Virus record (IMG/VR): IMGVR_UViG_2778261064_000003
Span: 1 to 41,713 of that record
DNA from: a virus
Taxonomy: Duplodnaviria; Heunggongvirae; Uroviricota; Caudoviricetes
Length of the DNA stretch: 41,713 bases
Direction: 5' to 3' (one strand)
Shown: piece after piece, positions 10,098 to 19,809 of the stretch
Layout: each line of letters begins with the position of its first letter
How positions within the stretch are numbered: position 1 is the stretch's first letter
Notes under the pieces: model-generated
Seen by the model: only the letters and a program-made list of their open reading frames with translations
The model's database searches: none
What the model was told of the DNA's origin: nothing
Program-made: the position numbers and the translations under genes

Positions 10098-10674
10098 GGA
10101 TCACGTCGTTAATTTCAGTGTGTTCACCGCAGCGCAGCGTTGCCCCGAGGCGCAGGAAGTCCGGGAGCGCGGCGAGATCAATCTCTTCATCCAGCCGGAA
10201 TTCCTGCTCCCACGTCACCGCCCACATGGTGACACCCAGCCCGTCGAGGCTGGCGGAGTAAATGTTGTCTGCCCGCACATCAGCAGCCAGGCGTTCAGCC
10301 CCCATGCCTGCTGTGGCATCCGACGACAGCAGGCGTTTGATCACCTTTCCGGCCAGCACTTCACAGCGCACGTCGCGGGAATACCCCCACGAATCCGTTG
10401 CCATGATGTAAGCCACCCAGGTAACCAGACCGGACAGCCCACCGCGCGGGTTGATATCCCGGACACGCAGGGCAGCTACCCGGATACAGCCGGTGCGACC
10501 GGACAGATAGCGCTTCACTTCTTCCGGGCTGTTGAACTGGCCGATGTGACGCTCCACCACGTCGGCCCGGTCAGGGGTTTTCCCCTGAAGTGCTGTTTTC
10601 AGCCAGGCCACAATGCGCTCTGCGGCCGCAACGGTGCTCCCCGGTGTGCGCAGTTCAGGGCGTTGTTCTGTCAT
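10063..10674 (-). CDS. Mu gp38-like virion protein (function unknown)
   Basis: 203-aa ORF in the Mu head-tail joining block. Confidence 0.55.
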   Translation of the reverse strand: MTEQRPELRTPGSTVAAAERIVAWLKTALQGKTPDRADVVERHIGQFNSPEEVKRYLSGRTGCIRVAALRVRDINPRGGLSGLVTWVAYIMATDSWGYSRDVRCEVLAGKVIKRLLSSDATAGMGAERLAADVRADNIYSASLDGLGVTMWAVTWEQEFRLDEEIDLAALPDFLRLGATLRCGEHTEINDVIHVRGDDGTETD

Positions 10675-11216
10675 GGCAGAACCTCCTTCCAGAAATGACT
10701 GATAACCTGTTGCAGCTCCTGCTGGTTGGCAGAAGACAGCCCCAGAAATTCACGTTGTGGAATGTTCATCATGCGGTTATGTGCGCCGACGGTCTGCCAG
10801 ACCGGATATTTCAGCGCCCGCCCGAAACACTGCGAGATAAGCCGTTTGTGGGCGCTGACCGGCACACTGCCGGAAAAGCCGTCATTCATGATGCGGGCAT
10901 AATCCAGCGGTGAACCGATACGCACCACGCGGTTTTCCACGATGTACTGGATACTCTCCAGCAGATGGCCTTCACCACGCAGCAGACTCTGGTTGCCGTG
11001 GCGGGTCTTTTTGTACCCGTCAGACCAGTCCGGCCAGCGTTGTCCGCCCGGACTGCTTTTCTCATCGATGATGCGGCGGCGGGTCTGTGATTCCACCACC
11101 GCACCAATGCTCTCCAGCAGCTCTGCCTGCAATGAACCATCTGCCAGCTTTTCAACGGCACGGCGGATATCCTCCAGCCGCTGGTCACCGCTGATCTGTA
11201 CAGAAATCCCCATCAC
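10671..11216 (-). CDS. Phage virion morphogenesis protein (Mu G family-like)
   Basis: 181-aa ORF whose sequence pattern I recognise as the phage virion morphogenesis family. Confidence 0.55.
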   Translation of the reverse strand: MMGISVQISGDQRLEDIRRAVEKLADGSLQAELLESIGAVVESQTRRRIIDEKSSPGGQRWPDWSDGYKKTRHGNQSLLRGEGHLLESIQYIVENRVVRIGSPLDYARIMNDGFSGSVPVSAHKRLISQCFGRALKYPVWQTVGAHNRMMNIPQREFLGLSSANQQELQQVISHFWKEVLP

Positions 11217-11650
11217 AGCACCCCTTTCAGGTTGTTACGGGTGAACAGCCGGGCATTGGCACCCACCACAATGATTTTCCCGTGGTCGGTTTCTGCCGGG
11301 GTGGCATACGTCGGCAGGCCCAGATCACGGGTGCCGTTCGCCATCTCACGCAGGGTTTTAATGGCGTCGTCGTAGCGTTTCTGGATCAGCTCAGTGATTT
11401 GATTGTCACGCTCTGACAACCAGTAAAACGCCAGCGATACCGCCACGCGTTGCAGCGGGCGCGGGATTTCCGTCACTCCCAGCGGCAGCTGGTAGAGGCG
11501 GGACAGAAACGAATCAATTTCCGCTTCGGCATCACTGATGGCCTGACGGATTTTGTCTTCATCCAGCCCGTTGGTTTCCCGGTTAATCGCCATGTTCCAG
11601 ACAAGATTGCCGTCCGCGCGTAACAGGTCTTCCTGCGTGATGTACCCCAT
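11213..11650 (-). CDS. Mu gp36-like head-tail protein (DUF1320-like)
   Basis: 145-aa ORF in the Mu head-tail joining block, translationally coupled to neighbours. Confidence 0.55.
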   Translation of the reverse strand: MGYITQEDLLRADGNLVWNMAINRETNGLDEDKIRQAISDAEAEIDSFLSRLYQLPLGVTEIPRPLQRVAVSLAFYWLSERDNQITELIQKRYDDAIKTLREMANGTRDLGLPTYATPAETDHGKIIVVGANARLFTRNNLKGVL

Positions 11651-11961
11651 CAGCCTTTCTCCGCTTCCCGGACAATCAGATTCGGCTCTGCCATCAGGCG
11701 GGTGGCAACCGCAGCGGTCACCGCCACATCCTCACCGGCATGTGACCAGAAACGGCCACAGCGCCAGAACCCGTTTTCAGACACGGCCCGGACGTTCAGC
11801 CGGACAGGGGCGTCACCCTGTACAGCAACCGGGTCTTCAGCCGGACGTGGTTCATTCGCCTGACCGTCAGCCATAATAACGTCTGCCAGCGGTGCCGGGT
11901 TTTCCTGTGCAGCGCTGTTCTTTGCGGCTTTCGCGCCTTTGGTTCCTGCTTTTTCACTCAT
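11650..11961 (-). CDS. Hypothetical protein (Mu gp35 position)
   Basis: 103-aa Ala/Pro-rich ORF downstream of the major head gene. Confidence 0.5.
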   Translation of the reverse strand: MSEKAGTKGAKAAKNSAAQENPAPLADVIMADGQANEPRPAEDPVAVQGDAPVRLNVRAVSENGFWRCGRFWSHAGEDVAVTAAVATRLMAEPNLIVREAEKG

Positions 11962-11965
11962 GACT

Positions 11966-11983
11966 CTGCCTTTTAAAAGGCAG
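11966..11983 (-). promoter_or_regulatory. Perfect 18-bp palindrome CTGCCTTTTAAAAGGCAG between major head gene and next gene
   Basis: Seen directly in the 81-bp intergenic region after the major capsid gene. Confidence 0.3.
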
Positions 11984-12042
11984 TTAAAAGGGCATTCACA
12001 GCGCCTTTTAACTGCGGGTTACAACAGATTACGGATGACGGG

Positions 12043-12945
12043 TTATGCCGGGGTGGTGATGTACGGGCTGTCCACGATGTCCACATCCTTGTACCAGATG
12101 TTGGAATCGCCGCCGTTAACCAGCATGGCGTCAATGATGCGCTTCGCGTCCGCGCGGTTTCTCGGCCCCACCACAAGGGTGGTCGGGCGGATGCCCAGCG
12201 GTTCACCGTTGGTGGTCTTCATACCCAGCAGCAGATTGCTGGCCTTCTCGTAGTTCTCCGCTGTCAGTGCCGCACGGGAACCGACGGCGGTCTGCCAGAA
12301 GCCGAAGCCCGCATTGCAGCGACCGTCCACCCCGTAAAGGAACTCGTTATTCTTGAAGGTGTGCTCGCTGTTCAGATCATCCAGGGCTTCAAACTTAAAG
12401 GCGCGTCGCGTCTGCCAGATGATGGGTTTCAGTACCTGAGAATCATCAATCAGGAACCACGGTTCCCCCTGGTCTGATGCCGGGGTGCCGACAACGTTGC
12501 TGTATGTGCCGTCGCCCAGCGGGTGGTCTTCATCAAAGAAGTTCTGACCGTCAAAACACAGGGTGTTAAACCCGGCACACAGCAGGGGGTAACACAGCTT
12601 GTCCGGGAACTCCGACGTCTGGCGGCCATAGCGTTCAGCGATAATGCTGTACTGACCAATCTGTTCGTCTTCAATGTGTTCGCGTTTAACGCGGATCGAA
12701 CTTTCCCAGGTTTTGTTCGCAAGGGTGTAACCATAACCGTCCAGCGTTGCCATCTGACGGGCGCTGACCCATTCCTTAATCTCCGGTAAATCTTTCATCC
12801 AGCCGTAGGTATTGGAGGCGGACGAACTCGGGATTTCAGAGGCGATGCGCTGCCACTGTGGGGTGACACCACTCAGCCCACGGGTATAAGCGGCGCTCAG
12901 ACAGGTGGTCAGCGCGTGAAGGACTTCGGAAGTGACTGCTCCCAT
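12043..12945 (-). CDS. Major head subunit (Mu T-like)
   Basis: 300-aa ORF directly downstream of protease/scaffold gene, as in Mu. Confidence 0.75.
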   Translation of the reverse strand: MGAVTSEVLHALTTCLSAAYTRGLSGVTPQWQRIASEIPSSSASNTYGWMKDLPEIKEWVSARQMATLDGYGYTLANKTWESSIRVKREHIEDEQIGQYSIIAERYGRQTSEFPDKLCYPLLCAGFNTLCFDGQNFFDEDHPLGDGTYSNVVGTPASDQGEPWFLIDDSQVLKPIIWQTRRAFKFEALDDLNSEHTFKNNEFLYGVDGRCNAGFGFWQTAVGSRAALTAENYEKASNLLLGMKTTNGEPLGIRPTTLVVGPRNRADAKRIIDAMLVNGGDSNIWYKDVDIVDSPYITTPA

Positions 12946-13907
12946 CAGTTATTCTCCTGTTTAGGTTTAGCGGCGAGGAACTCTTCCCCGGTAATACCCA
13001 TGCTGCGGCACATCGCCAGTTCGGCGTCGGTCAGTGTCTGCGCGGGTTTATCCTTGCCCTGGCTGGGCTTGTCGTTGTTCACCAGCGGCTGTGCACCTCT
13101 GGTGTACTCCGCAAACTGTTTGCGGCCTTCTTCCGTACGGCAGGTGGCAAGGAACATGTCACGGTTTGCCGGGGCCACTTTTCCGGCCTCAATGGCCGCA
13201 TCCACAAGCGCTTCTGCTTCCTGCTCTGCCAGTTGCTGAAGGCGTTTTTCTGCGGTTTCGGCACGGTTCAGTGCCAGATTGTGGGTTTCCACCGGCACAA
13301 ACTTCGTCAGATCAGGTGTCTGTGCGCGGTTCAGCGCCACCTGTTCGTTCTCCTGAAGTTGTTTAATGGCGGCCACGGTATCGTCCACCGTGGCAGATTC
13401 AGCCAGCCCAAGCAGGCCGGTGATTTGCACAGGTACTGTCATCGGGTTTTTCTCCGTATTCAGTGCAGGAAAATCCAGGTTAGGTTTGTTGGTCAGCCCG
13501 ACGCTGGACAGGCGCGTCACCACACCGTCTGCGTCAAAGAAAAACGCCGGGCTGTAATAGCGGTAGCGGCGCTCGCTCAGCATCCAGCGGGCGGACTCGC
13601 TCCAGACAACACGCCCTTCAATGGTGCCGCTGTCCGTCACGCGCAGTTCTTCCACCCAGCCATACGCCGGGGCTTCATCACCGCGTTGCCCTTTAATTTC
13701 GGTGGCGTGTTCAATGTCCACCGGAATTTTGATGTCGGACGAACGGGTGACCACCTCATGCGGATTGTGGTTAATCCACGTCCGGCCATCGCGCCCGGTG
13801 AACTCACCCGCAGGGACGAGTTCGAGCCATTCCGGCAGTTGAGCCGGTGTCAGCTCAGGGATGGGTTCTGGCAGGGAAAAACACAGCGCCAGCAGTTCCG
13901 GTTGCAT
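12945..13907 (-). CDS. Head maturation protease/scaffold (Mu I-like)
   Basis: 320-aa ORF between F-like and major head genes; coiled-coil rich C-terminal half. Confidence 0.7.
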   Translation of the reverse strand: MQPELLALCFSLPEPIPELTPAQLPEWLELVPAGEFTGRDGRTWINHNPHEVVTRSSDIKIPVDIEHATEIKGQRGDEAPAYGWVEELRVTDSGTIEGRVVWSESARWMLSERRYRYYSPAFFFDADGVVTRLSSVGLTNKPNLDFPALNTEKNPMTVPVQITGLLGLAESATVDDTVAAIKQLQENEQVALNRAQTPDLTKFVPVETHNLALNRAETAEKRLQQLAEQEAEALVDAAIEAGKVAPANRDMFLATCRTEEGRKQFAEYTRGAQPLVNNDKPSQGKDKPAQTLTDAELAMCRSMGITGEEFLAAKPKQENN

Positions 13908-13956
13908 GTCAGTCTCCGTCGTTTGGGATTACCGCCGGTCAGTATGCGGAAGGCAG

Positions 13957-13980
13957 AAAAAAAGCCGGATTTACCGGCTT
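13957..13980 (-). terminator. Rho-independent terminator-like hairpin (minus-strand AAGCCGG-TAAAT-CCGGCTT followed by T7)
   Basis: Seen directly; located downstream of F-like gene and upstream of protease gene; identical copy at 21691..21714. Confidence 0.6.
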
Positions 13981-14120
13981 CACTGAAAACGGGGAAATAC
14001 CCCCTTCAAAACCCCTTCAAAAACGCCACAGCATCTTCAAAAACGTCAGAATGCACATTCACGCCATCAGAATAAAAAACGCGTTTCTGATGCGTTTCAG
14101 GGGGATTTACGGCGGGAGGG

Positions 14121-14885
14121 TTACTCACTGTCAAAACGGGCCTGTTTTGTCGCCAGCTGGCGCGCCAGCGCCTGCTCACGGTTTATGCCGGGATTGTAGT
14201 TCCAGCCCGGATCAATCCCTTCCGGCACATCTTCCTCTTCGCCCGTGCGTTTGTTCACCCAACGGACGGTCCGGATTTCCGGCGCTTCGGTGTGAATGGT
14301 GCCCTGTGCCGCCAGTTGCGCATATTCACCACGGCTGACCTGACGGGTGGTGCATTTGCAGCCCCAGCCATTAGGGGCGAAATGTGTCAGCCAGAACGGA
14401 TGATCAACCGGCAGACACAGACGCGCCCATTTCACATGCTCCGCCCGGTGCTCGCGGGATGGTCCCAGCTCGTAAATCAGATACGGCATGGCCCGCTTTG
14501 TCCGTTGGATGCGTTCCCACTGGCCCGCCGCGCGGGCGGTGCGCATGTTGGTGTCAAAAATCGTGCGGAGGCGGCGGTCACTGCCCAGCTGTACGGTGCG
14601 CCTTTCGCCTGTCAGCGGATCATCCATCTCCTGTACGCCCCACCATCTGCGTTTTATCAGCAGCGGTTGCAGCGCCTCCCGGAACTCGCTGAACGTCTGC
14701 CCGCTTTGCAGGGCGTCTTCCACAAGGGCTTTCACATCCGACAACAAATCCAGTTGCAGCATTTTTGCCACGGTGAAGCTGTTCCGGTGTTCTTCCCGCC
14801 ACACATCCCGGTAATCAAAACCGGGGCGCAGCTTCTTCGCCTTCAGCCACGCCAGCGCCTCTTTCGGGATGAGGGTTTCACGCAT
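14121..14885 (-). CDS. Head morphogenesis protein (Mu F, gp30-like)
   Basis: ORF downstream of portal; start set at MRETLIPKE (ATG 14885), which overlaps the portal stop. Confidence 0.6.
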   Translation of the reverse strand: MRETLIPKEALAWLKAKKLRPGFDYRDVWREEHRNSFTVAKMLQLDLLSDVKALVEDALQSGQTFSEFREALQPLLIKRRWWGVQEMDDPLTGERRTVQLGSDRRLRTIFDTNMRTARAAGQWERIQRTKRAMPYLIYELGPSREHRAEHVKWARLCLPVDHPFWLTHFAPNGWGCKCTTRQVSRGEYAQLAAQGTIHTEAPEIRTVRWVNKRTGEEEDVPEGIDPGWNYNPGINREQALARQLATKQARFDSE

Positions 14886-16449
14886 GACCGGTGTCCCCCA
14901 GCGCACGGGCCTTAAAGCACACCTCCGCCAGTTGCAGGGCAAAGTCGTCCGCGTTCAGCGTTTCCTGAAGCTCAGGCAGGCGTTTCAGAAAGTCATCAAA
15001 ACTGTCGCATTCCTGCGCCAGTGTCAGCACCGGGTTCGTGAACGCCTCGCCGGTTTTCTGCCAGTCACGCAGGGCATCATCCACCATCTGTGCCAGTTCG
15101 TCGGGGTGTTCCCGGTTCAGGGCGACGCGCTCGCGGTTCATCGCCATTTCACCTGACATTCCGGCAGAAACCGGATGCAGAATATCGGCCCCTTCATCCG
15201 GCTCAGCAAGACCGAACCGGTCCCGCAGCTCCGATTCCTGAACCCGCATCCCCCGGTCAATCAGCGGCACCAGAGCGTCTGTCAGCGCCTTCAGATCTTC
15301 CGCTTCACTGATACGCAGAACAACACGGGGATAGTGCGCCTGTGGCCCGTAGTTGGCCTCAATGTAGGGACGCACCAGATATTCATTCAGCGTGTTAGCC
15401 AGCTGCCGCGCGTCCCAGCGCACAATGTCCATGCGCACCTGATTGTGCACGTCCGCCTGTGAACGCGAACTGCCGTTATCCGTGGTCATGGTCTGCCCCA
15501 GTACGGCTTTACTGATTTGCGCATCACACCATTCCGCCATTTCACGGAACAGCGCGCCGCCGTTATTCCGGCTGGCGTTTTCCTGCATCTCCAGTTGCAT
15601 GGACTGCGGAATGGCACACCCGGCATCCGAGGCAATGGAGGCAATCGCATCAATCAGCACGCGGATTTGCTCCTCCGTGGCATTGGGGCCGTATTTCCCC
15701 ACCGTGACCGGAATACCGAATTTTTCCGCAAATGCCCACCAGTCGCGCACGGTATAGGATTTCAGCATGTACATTACCGCCACCAGACGGGCCAGACCGT
15801 TACGCAGCGGCAGACCGGATTTCAGGCGCGGCTGGTGAACAATGAATTTTCCCGGTGTCAGCGGTACGCCATCCACCGGCTCATCGTCCGTCAGCAGGCG
15901 GAACTGGCGCAGCGTGGGTTTTTCGGCTTTCAGAAAACGGGGATCAACCCACTCATAATCACGGGGCACCCAGTGGTTATTGCGGGTGTTCCACAGAATT
16001 TCACAGACCGCCACGCCTTTCCCCAGCCCGTCAAGCAGATCAAACATCAGCTCGGGGATTTGCGGCGCGGCCATCAGCTCACGGATGGCATCCGCCAGCT
16101 GCACATCGGCATCGTCGTCACTGGCGGCCACCACCACCGGTTCAATACCCGCCACCGTCAGCTTGCGGGTGCGCAGTACCGAGGCGTAATGCAAATCGCG
16201 TTCTTCCATCTCTTCGGCAAGGATAAAAAAATCACGCGTGATGCCGTCGGCGGCATTGCGCAGAATGCCTGCCAGCCTGCCGGGATTCAGCCCGGAAGCA
16301 ATGCTGATGCCCGGCGAGGCCGAGCGCACGCCAGCCTGATGCGGACGGGCCTGTATTTCATCGAGCGTCTCTTTTTTCAGCGTGTCTTCCTCACCGGTTG
16401 CCGGGTTCAGCAGACGGCGAACGGCCCCGGCCAGTTGTTTCAGGTTCAC
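14878..16449 (-). CDS. Portal protein (Mu gp29-like, DUF935 family)
   Basis: 523-aa ORF directly downstream of terminase large subunit. Confidence 0.8.
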   Translation of the reverse strand: MNLKQLAGAVRRLLNPATGEEDTLKKETLDEIQARPHQAGVRSASPGISIASGLNPGRLAGILRNAADGITRDFFILAEEMEERDLHYASVLRTRKLTVAGIEPVVVAASDDDADVQLADAIRELMAAPQIPELMFDLLDGLGKGVAVCEILWNTRNNHWVPRDYEWVDPRFLKAEKPTLRQFRLLTDDEPVDGVPLTPGKFIVHQPRLKSGLPLRNGLARLVAVMYMLKSYTVRDWWAFAEKFGIPVTVGKYGPNATEEQIRVLIDAIASIASDAGCAIPQSMQLEMQENASRNNGGALFREMAEWCDAQISKAVLGQTMTTDNGSSRSQADVHNQVRMDIVRWDARQLANTLNEYLVRPYIEANYGPQAHYPRVVLRISEAEDLKALTDALVPLIDRGMRVQESELRDRFGLAEPDEGADILHPVSAGMSGEMAMNRERVALNREHPDELAQMVDDALRDWQKTGEAFTNPVLTLAQECDSFDDFLKRLPELQETLNADDFALQLAEVCFKARALGDTGHA

Positions 16450-17981
16450 AGTAAACCTCCCTCATTTTTCAGACCGCGTGTCAGCCTCATCTGGCGGCGC
16501 GCGTTGCGTTCTTCCGGTTTCGCCGGGCGGTTCAGGCGGTGCAGTTCGTAACGGTGGCAGTCATCCTTGCTGGCAAGGAACCCCAGGAAAATGGCCACAG
16601 CGGCGTCGCCGTGACGTTTGTGACCGTCGCTGCCTCTGGTTCGTGAATCATCAATGCCGGGAACGCCACGCAGTAACTGAATGGCTCCGAGATCGTTTAT
16701 CACGTCTTCATGCTTCGGAAGGATCAGCTCATCATCTTCAAACGCTGCACGGAACCGGGGCATGTTTTCGCGGTAGAACGCCACGGACAGCATCACCTGT
16801 TCCACTTCATCGCCGTACCGCTCTGCCGCCTGTTCTGCCAGATACTGACCATTCCCCCGCGCATCCATTTTGATGCCGTCACGGCGGGGCAGACAATCGC
16901 AAAGCCAGAACAGCACCTGCTCCTGCTGTTTAAACGGCACATTGGCAAGTTCAACCAGGAACGGCACCTCGCGGGTGGTGTCATCGTTCACCGTCACCGG
17001 GGCCAGGACGGTCAGGTCACCCGAACGCGCAAAGTCTTCCCCCAGACAGTGGCGCAGGTTCTTCGGGAGTTTTTCCAGTTCAGGGCGCACCACCGTTTCC
17101 AGCCATTCCCGGATATCTGCCCGGCGCTGGCTTTCCGTCAGTGCGTTAAATTCCGGTGTGCCGGTAAAGCGCAACACTTTCCCGGTGCCACGGGCTGCAC
17201 GCTCACGCAGTGAGCGGGGGATATACGTGCCGCCGCCGTTTTTCGGGACGCAGTAATATTCCTCCAGTGCGTCTTCGCGGGTGGCGGTATTTCGCAGCAG
17301 GCCTTCTTTCCATTCCGCCTCGGCCTCCGGTGACCACACCATGCCGCGCACCTGACAGATACGCCGGTACAGCCCGTCATTGCAGGCGTCGTCCAGCGTG
17401 ATGGTGTGAATGCTGTAATCTTTTTTGCCCGCGCGGCTTTCCTGAATCAGCTGGTTAAACAGGTTGTCCACGCCGTCATGGGTGGAAATAAGGCGAATTT
17501 TGCCGCCCCATGTTTTCAGCGGCAGCACCGCCTTCAGCAGCTCGTCCAGTTTTTCATGGAACGCGGCCTCGTCGATGGTGGCATTCCCCTGCATCCCGCG
17601 AATGTTGCTCGGGTTGCTGGACAGTGCCTTGACCTTAAAACTGCTGGCGAAGTACACGACGAACGTCAGAATGTCCTTGTCTTCGTCGGTGATCACTTCC
17701 TCGCAGATTTCTTCCGCTGCCGCATTAAACGCTTTCGCCCACATCGCCACGGCCTCGATAAATTCGCGGGCCATCTCCTTGTTCGAACCGATATAAAAGT
17801 GATCGCGCCCGCCGTCTTCCTTCTTCAGCGATGCCGTCAGTGCCGCATCTGCCGCCTCCGCCCAGGTTAAACCGGTACGGCGGGATTTCTCGGCGATTTT
17901 CAGGTCGGCATCATCCGCCACCCAGCGTTTCTGATACGGCAGCAGAACATCATATTCACTGAACGTGTCCATCTGCGTCAT
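16446..17981 (-). CDS. Terminase large subunit (Mu gp28-like)
   Basis: 511-aa ORF upstream of portal; size and position typical. Confidence 0.8.
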   Translation of the reverse strand: MTQMDTFSEYDVLLPYQKRWVADDADLKIAEKSRRTGLTWAEAADAALTASLKKEDGGRDHFYIGSNKEMAREFIEAVAMWAKAFNAAAEEICEEVITDEDKDILTFVVYFASSFKVKALSSNPSNIRGMQGNATIDEAAFHEKLDELLKAVLPLKTWGGKIRLISTHDGVDNLFNQLIQESRAGKKDYSIHTITLDDACNDGLYRRICQVRGMVWSPEAEAEWKEGLLRNTATREDALEEYYCVPKNGGGTYIPRSLRERAARGTGKVLRFTGTPEFNALTESQRRADIREWLETVVRPELEKLPKNLRHCLGEDFARSGDLTVLAPVTVNDDTTREVPFLVELANVPFKQQEQVLFWLCDCLPRRDGIKMDARGNGQYLAEQAAERYGDEVEQVMLSVAFYRENMPRFRAAFEDDELILPKHEDVINDLGAIQLLRGVPGIDDSRTRGSDGHKRHGDAAVAIFLGFLASKDDCHRYELHRLNRPAKPEERNARRQMRLTRGLKNEGGLL

Positions 17982-18580
17982 ACGCTAATCCCCAGAATGT
18001 CTCGTTTGATGGTGTCAGCCGCACCGCCTGACAGACCACCCGTTCTGACCAGCTCTTCGGTTTTCTCAGCCATCTCCTGCGCAAACGCATCGCGGATCGC
18101 TTTCTCGCGTTTATGGCTGGTCATGGCTGCCGCTTCCAGACGCTGGGCAACCAGCGCCAGTTGCCCCAGCGCCTTTGGTGCTACAGGTTTGTCGTCTTCT
18201 GCCATCGACATGGACGTTTCAAAGGCCAGCGTTTTTACAAACTCCATCAGCAGCCTGCCGACGTCTGATGTTGGCGCGGAACCCAGCTTTGCCGCCCAGA
18301 CTTCGGCCATTTCGCGGGAGGCGCGGATTTTGGCCCCGACTTTTTCCATGCGGCTGGCATAACGGTTTAAACCCGTCCGGCTTAACTGCATCTCTTCCGG
18401 CAGGTTGTGTTCGTCAATCAGGGCGTTGATGGCTTCGCGGATTTCTTCCTGCGTGTGCCGCTTTTCCCGCAGCATCTGATGCAACTGCTCCCGGATACTG
18501 TCCGGGAGTAAATCCACTTTGGAAAGACGACCACGGGTGGGACGTTGTTCATTTTCCATGTGTGCGCTCCTGTTGCTCAC
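17978..18580 (-). CDS. Mu gp27-like protein (DUF3486, putative terminase small subunit)
   Basis: 200-aa ORF immediately upstream of and overlapping terminase large subunit. Confidence 0.6.
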   Translation of the reverse strand: MSNRSAHMENEQRPTRGRLSKVDLLPDSIREQLHQMLREKRHTQEEIREAINALIDEHNLPEEMQLSRTGLNRYASRMEKVGAKIRASREMAEVWAAKLGSAPTSDVGRLLMEFVKTLAFETSMSMAEDDKPVAPKALGQLALVAQRLEAAAMTSHKREKAIRDAFAQEMAEKTEELVRTGGLSGGAADTIKRDILGISV

Positions 18581-18696
18581 TACGCTGTAAACTTTCGTAT
18601 GCAGATTTCAGTGCGCCGTTCTGGATTTCCCGCCATGTCAGGTTGTGCGCCAGACGGCGGAGTTCATCACGGGACGCTTTACTTATCGGATTCTTT

Positions 18697-18996
18697 TTAC
18701 GGTTCACGACGGCCCCCATCTTCAGTTCCCGGTGTTTTCAGACCGGCGTATATTTCTTCGCGAACGGAGCGGATATCCTTACCCAGCAGCTTCCACAGCC
18801 GCGCACATGCCGGTGATGACCGAAGTAAGCGTTTCATGGGGGTATCCGGTGCATCCGGGTTCCAGGGCTTTCCGGTCTGTTGTTCGTATGCACGGGCAAT
18901 AGCGTTTTGTTCGATATCCGCCAGCACAAGACAGTGCGCAAGCCGCCATATAACGGCACGTTCTCCGCGGCTTAACGGCTTCAGTTTTCGGGTCAT
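18697..18996 (-). CDS. Hypothetical protein
   Basis: 99-aa ORF tightly spaced after the upstream gene. Confidence 0.45.
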   Translation of the reverse strand: MTRKLKPLSRGERAVIWRLAHCLVLADIEQNAIARAYEQQTGKPWNPDAPDTPMKRLLRSSPACARLWKLLGKDIRSVREEIYAGLKTPGTEDGGRREP

Positions 18997-18998
18997 GC

Positions 18999-19292
18999 TC
19001 AGTCCCTCGCACGGGGTTTTTTAACGCCCGGCACACCGGACAGACCGTTTGCCACATCCTCGCCGCTGCCGGTTATTTCAGCCACGTAACAGCCGCCCAC
19101 ATCAGACAGACGAACCAGCCCCTGCTCGCGCAGCCATGCAAGCTGGGTGCGCACCACATCACGGGATACTTTATGACCGTAGGCCTGAAGGCAGGTCTGC
19201 AACACGGATTCATTCGCGCTGTCGCCACAGTCCAGCAGGGAACGCAGCAACACCAGACGACGGTCTTCAGTGAGGATCTCTTTCATCGCCAT
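18999..19292 (-). CDS. Hypothetical protein (possible winged-helix fold)
   Basis: 97-aa ORF with start abutting the stop of the upstream gene. Confidence 0.5.
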   Translation of the reverse strand: MAMKEILTEDRRLVLLRSLLDCGDSANESVLQTCLQAYGHKVSRDVVRTQLAWLREQGLVRLSDVGGCYVAEITGSGEDVANGLSGVPGVKKPRARD

Positions 19293-19597
19293 TATTTTTT
19301 TTCCTTTAACTCGTTCTCTAATAACAAATCACTGATGCGGGATACCTGGCGGATGGATGGCCCCAGCTCTTTGATTTCTCCCCGCAGGTTGCTGATATCC
19401 AGTTGCAGGCGGTGAAATTCATTGCGGTCGGGTAGCTGATTCACCAGACCTTCCATCACCGACACACGGGAACGCAGCGAATCAAACTCTTCGCGTTTGA
19501 CGTAGGTCTTCGCCAGAATCAGCTGAATCAGGTTTATCGCTGTCATTAACAGTGCCCACAGAATGGGCCAGTTGGCTCTGATCACTTCCCAGGACAC
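19292..19597 (-). CDS. Membrane-anchored coiled-coil protein (possible spanin-like lysis component)
   Basis: 101 aa with an N-terminal hydrophobic segment (ILWALLMTAINLIQLIL) followed by coiled-coil sequence. Confidence 0.5.
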   Translation of the reverse strand: MSWEVIRANWPILWALLMTAINLIQLILAKTYVKREEFDSLRSRVSVMEGLVNQLPDRNEFHRLQLDISNLRGEIKELGPSIRQVSRISDLLLENELKEKK

Positions 19598-19809
19598 GTC
19601 TTCCTCCTGCGCTCCCGTATCTGCTGACAGTCAATACAGGTCACCACATCCGGCAGCGCCGCAAGGCGCTGTGCCGGAATGATGTTCCCGCAGTCATTGC
19701 AGAAGCCCCGGCTGTGGGGCGTTTCTTTTGTCCGTGTCTGCCAGGCTTTAACGACGCTCTGACGCTCGTTCAGAACCACTTCACTGATGCGATCGATTTC
19801 GTCGGTCAT
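19582..19809 (-). CDS. TraR/DksA-type C4 zinc-finger protein
   Basis: 75 aa with CNDCG...CIDCQ four-cysteine motif typical of the TraR/DksA family. Confidence 0.6.
   Translation of the reverse strand: MTDEIDRISEVVLNERQSVVKAWQTRTKETPHSRGFCNDCGNIIPAQRLAALPDVVTCIDCQQIRERRRKTCPGK

Noticed and set aside
18779-19057. Minus-strand ORF 18779..19057 (92 aa, Cys/Arg-rich)
   Set aside because: Overlaps, in a different frame, two tightly coupled ORFs (18697..18996 and 18999..19292) that fit the operon spacing better; probably a shadow frame.
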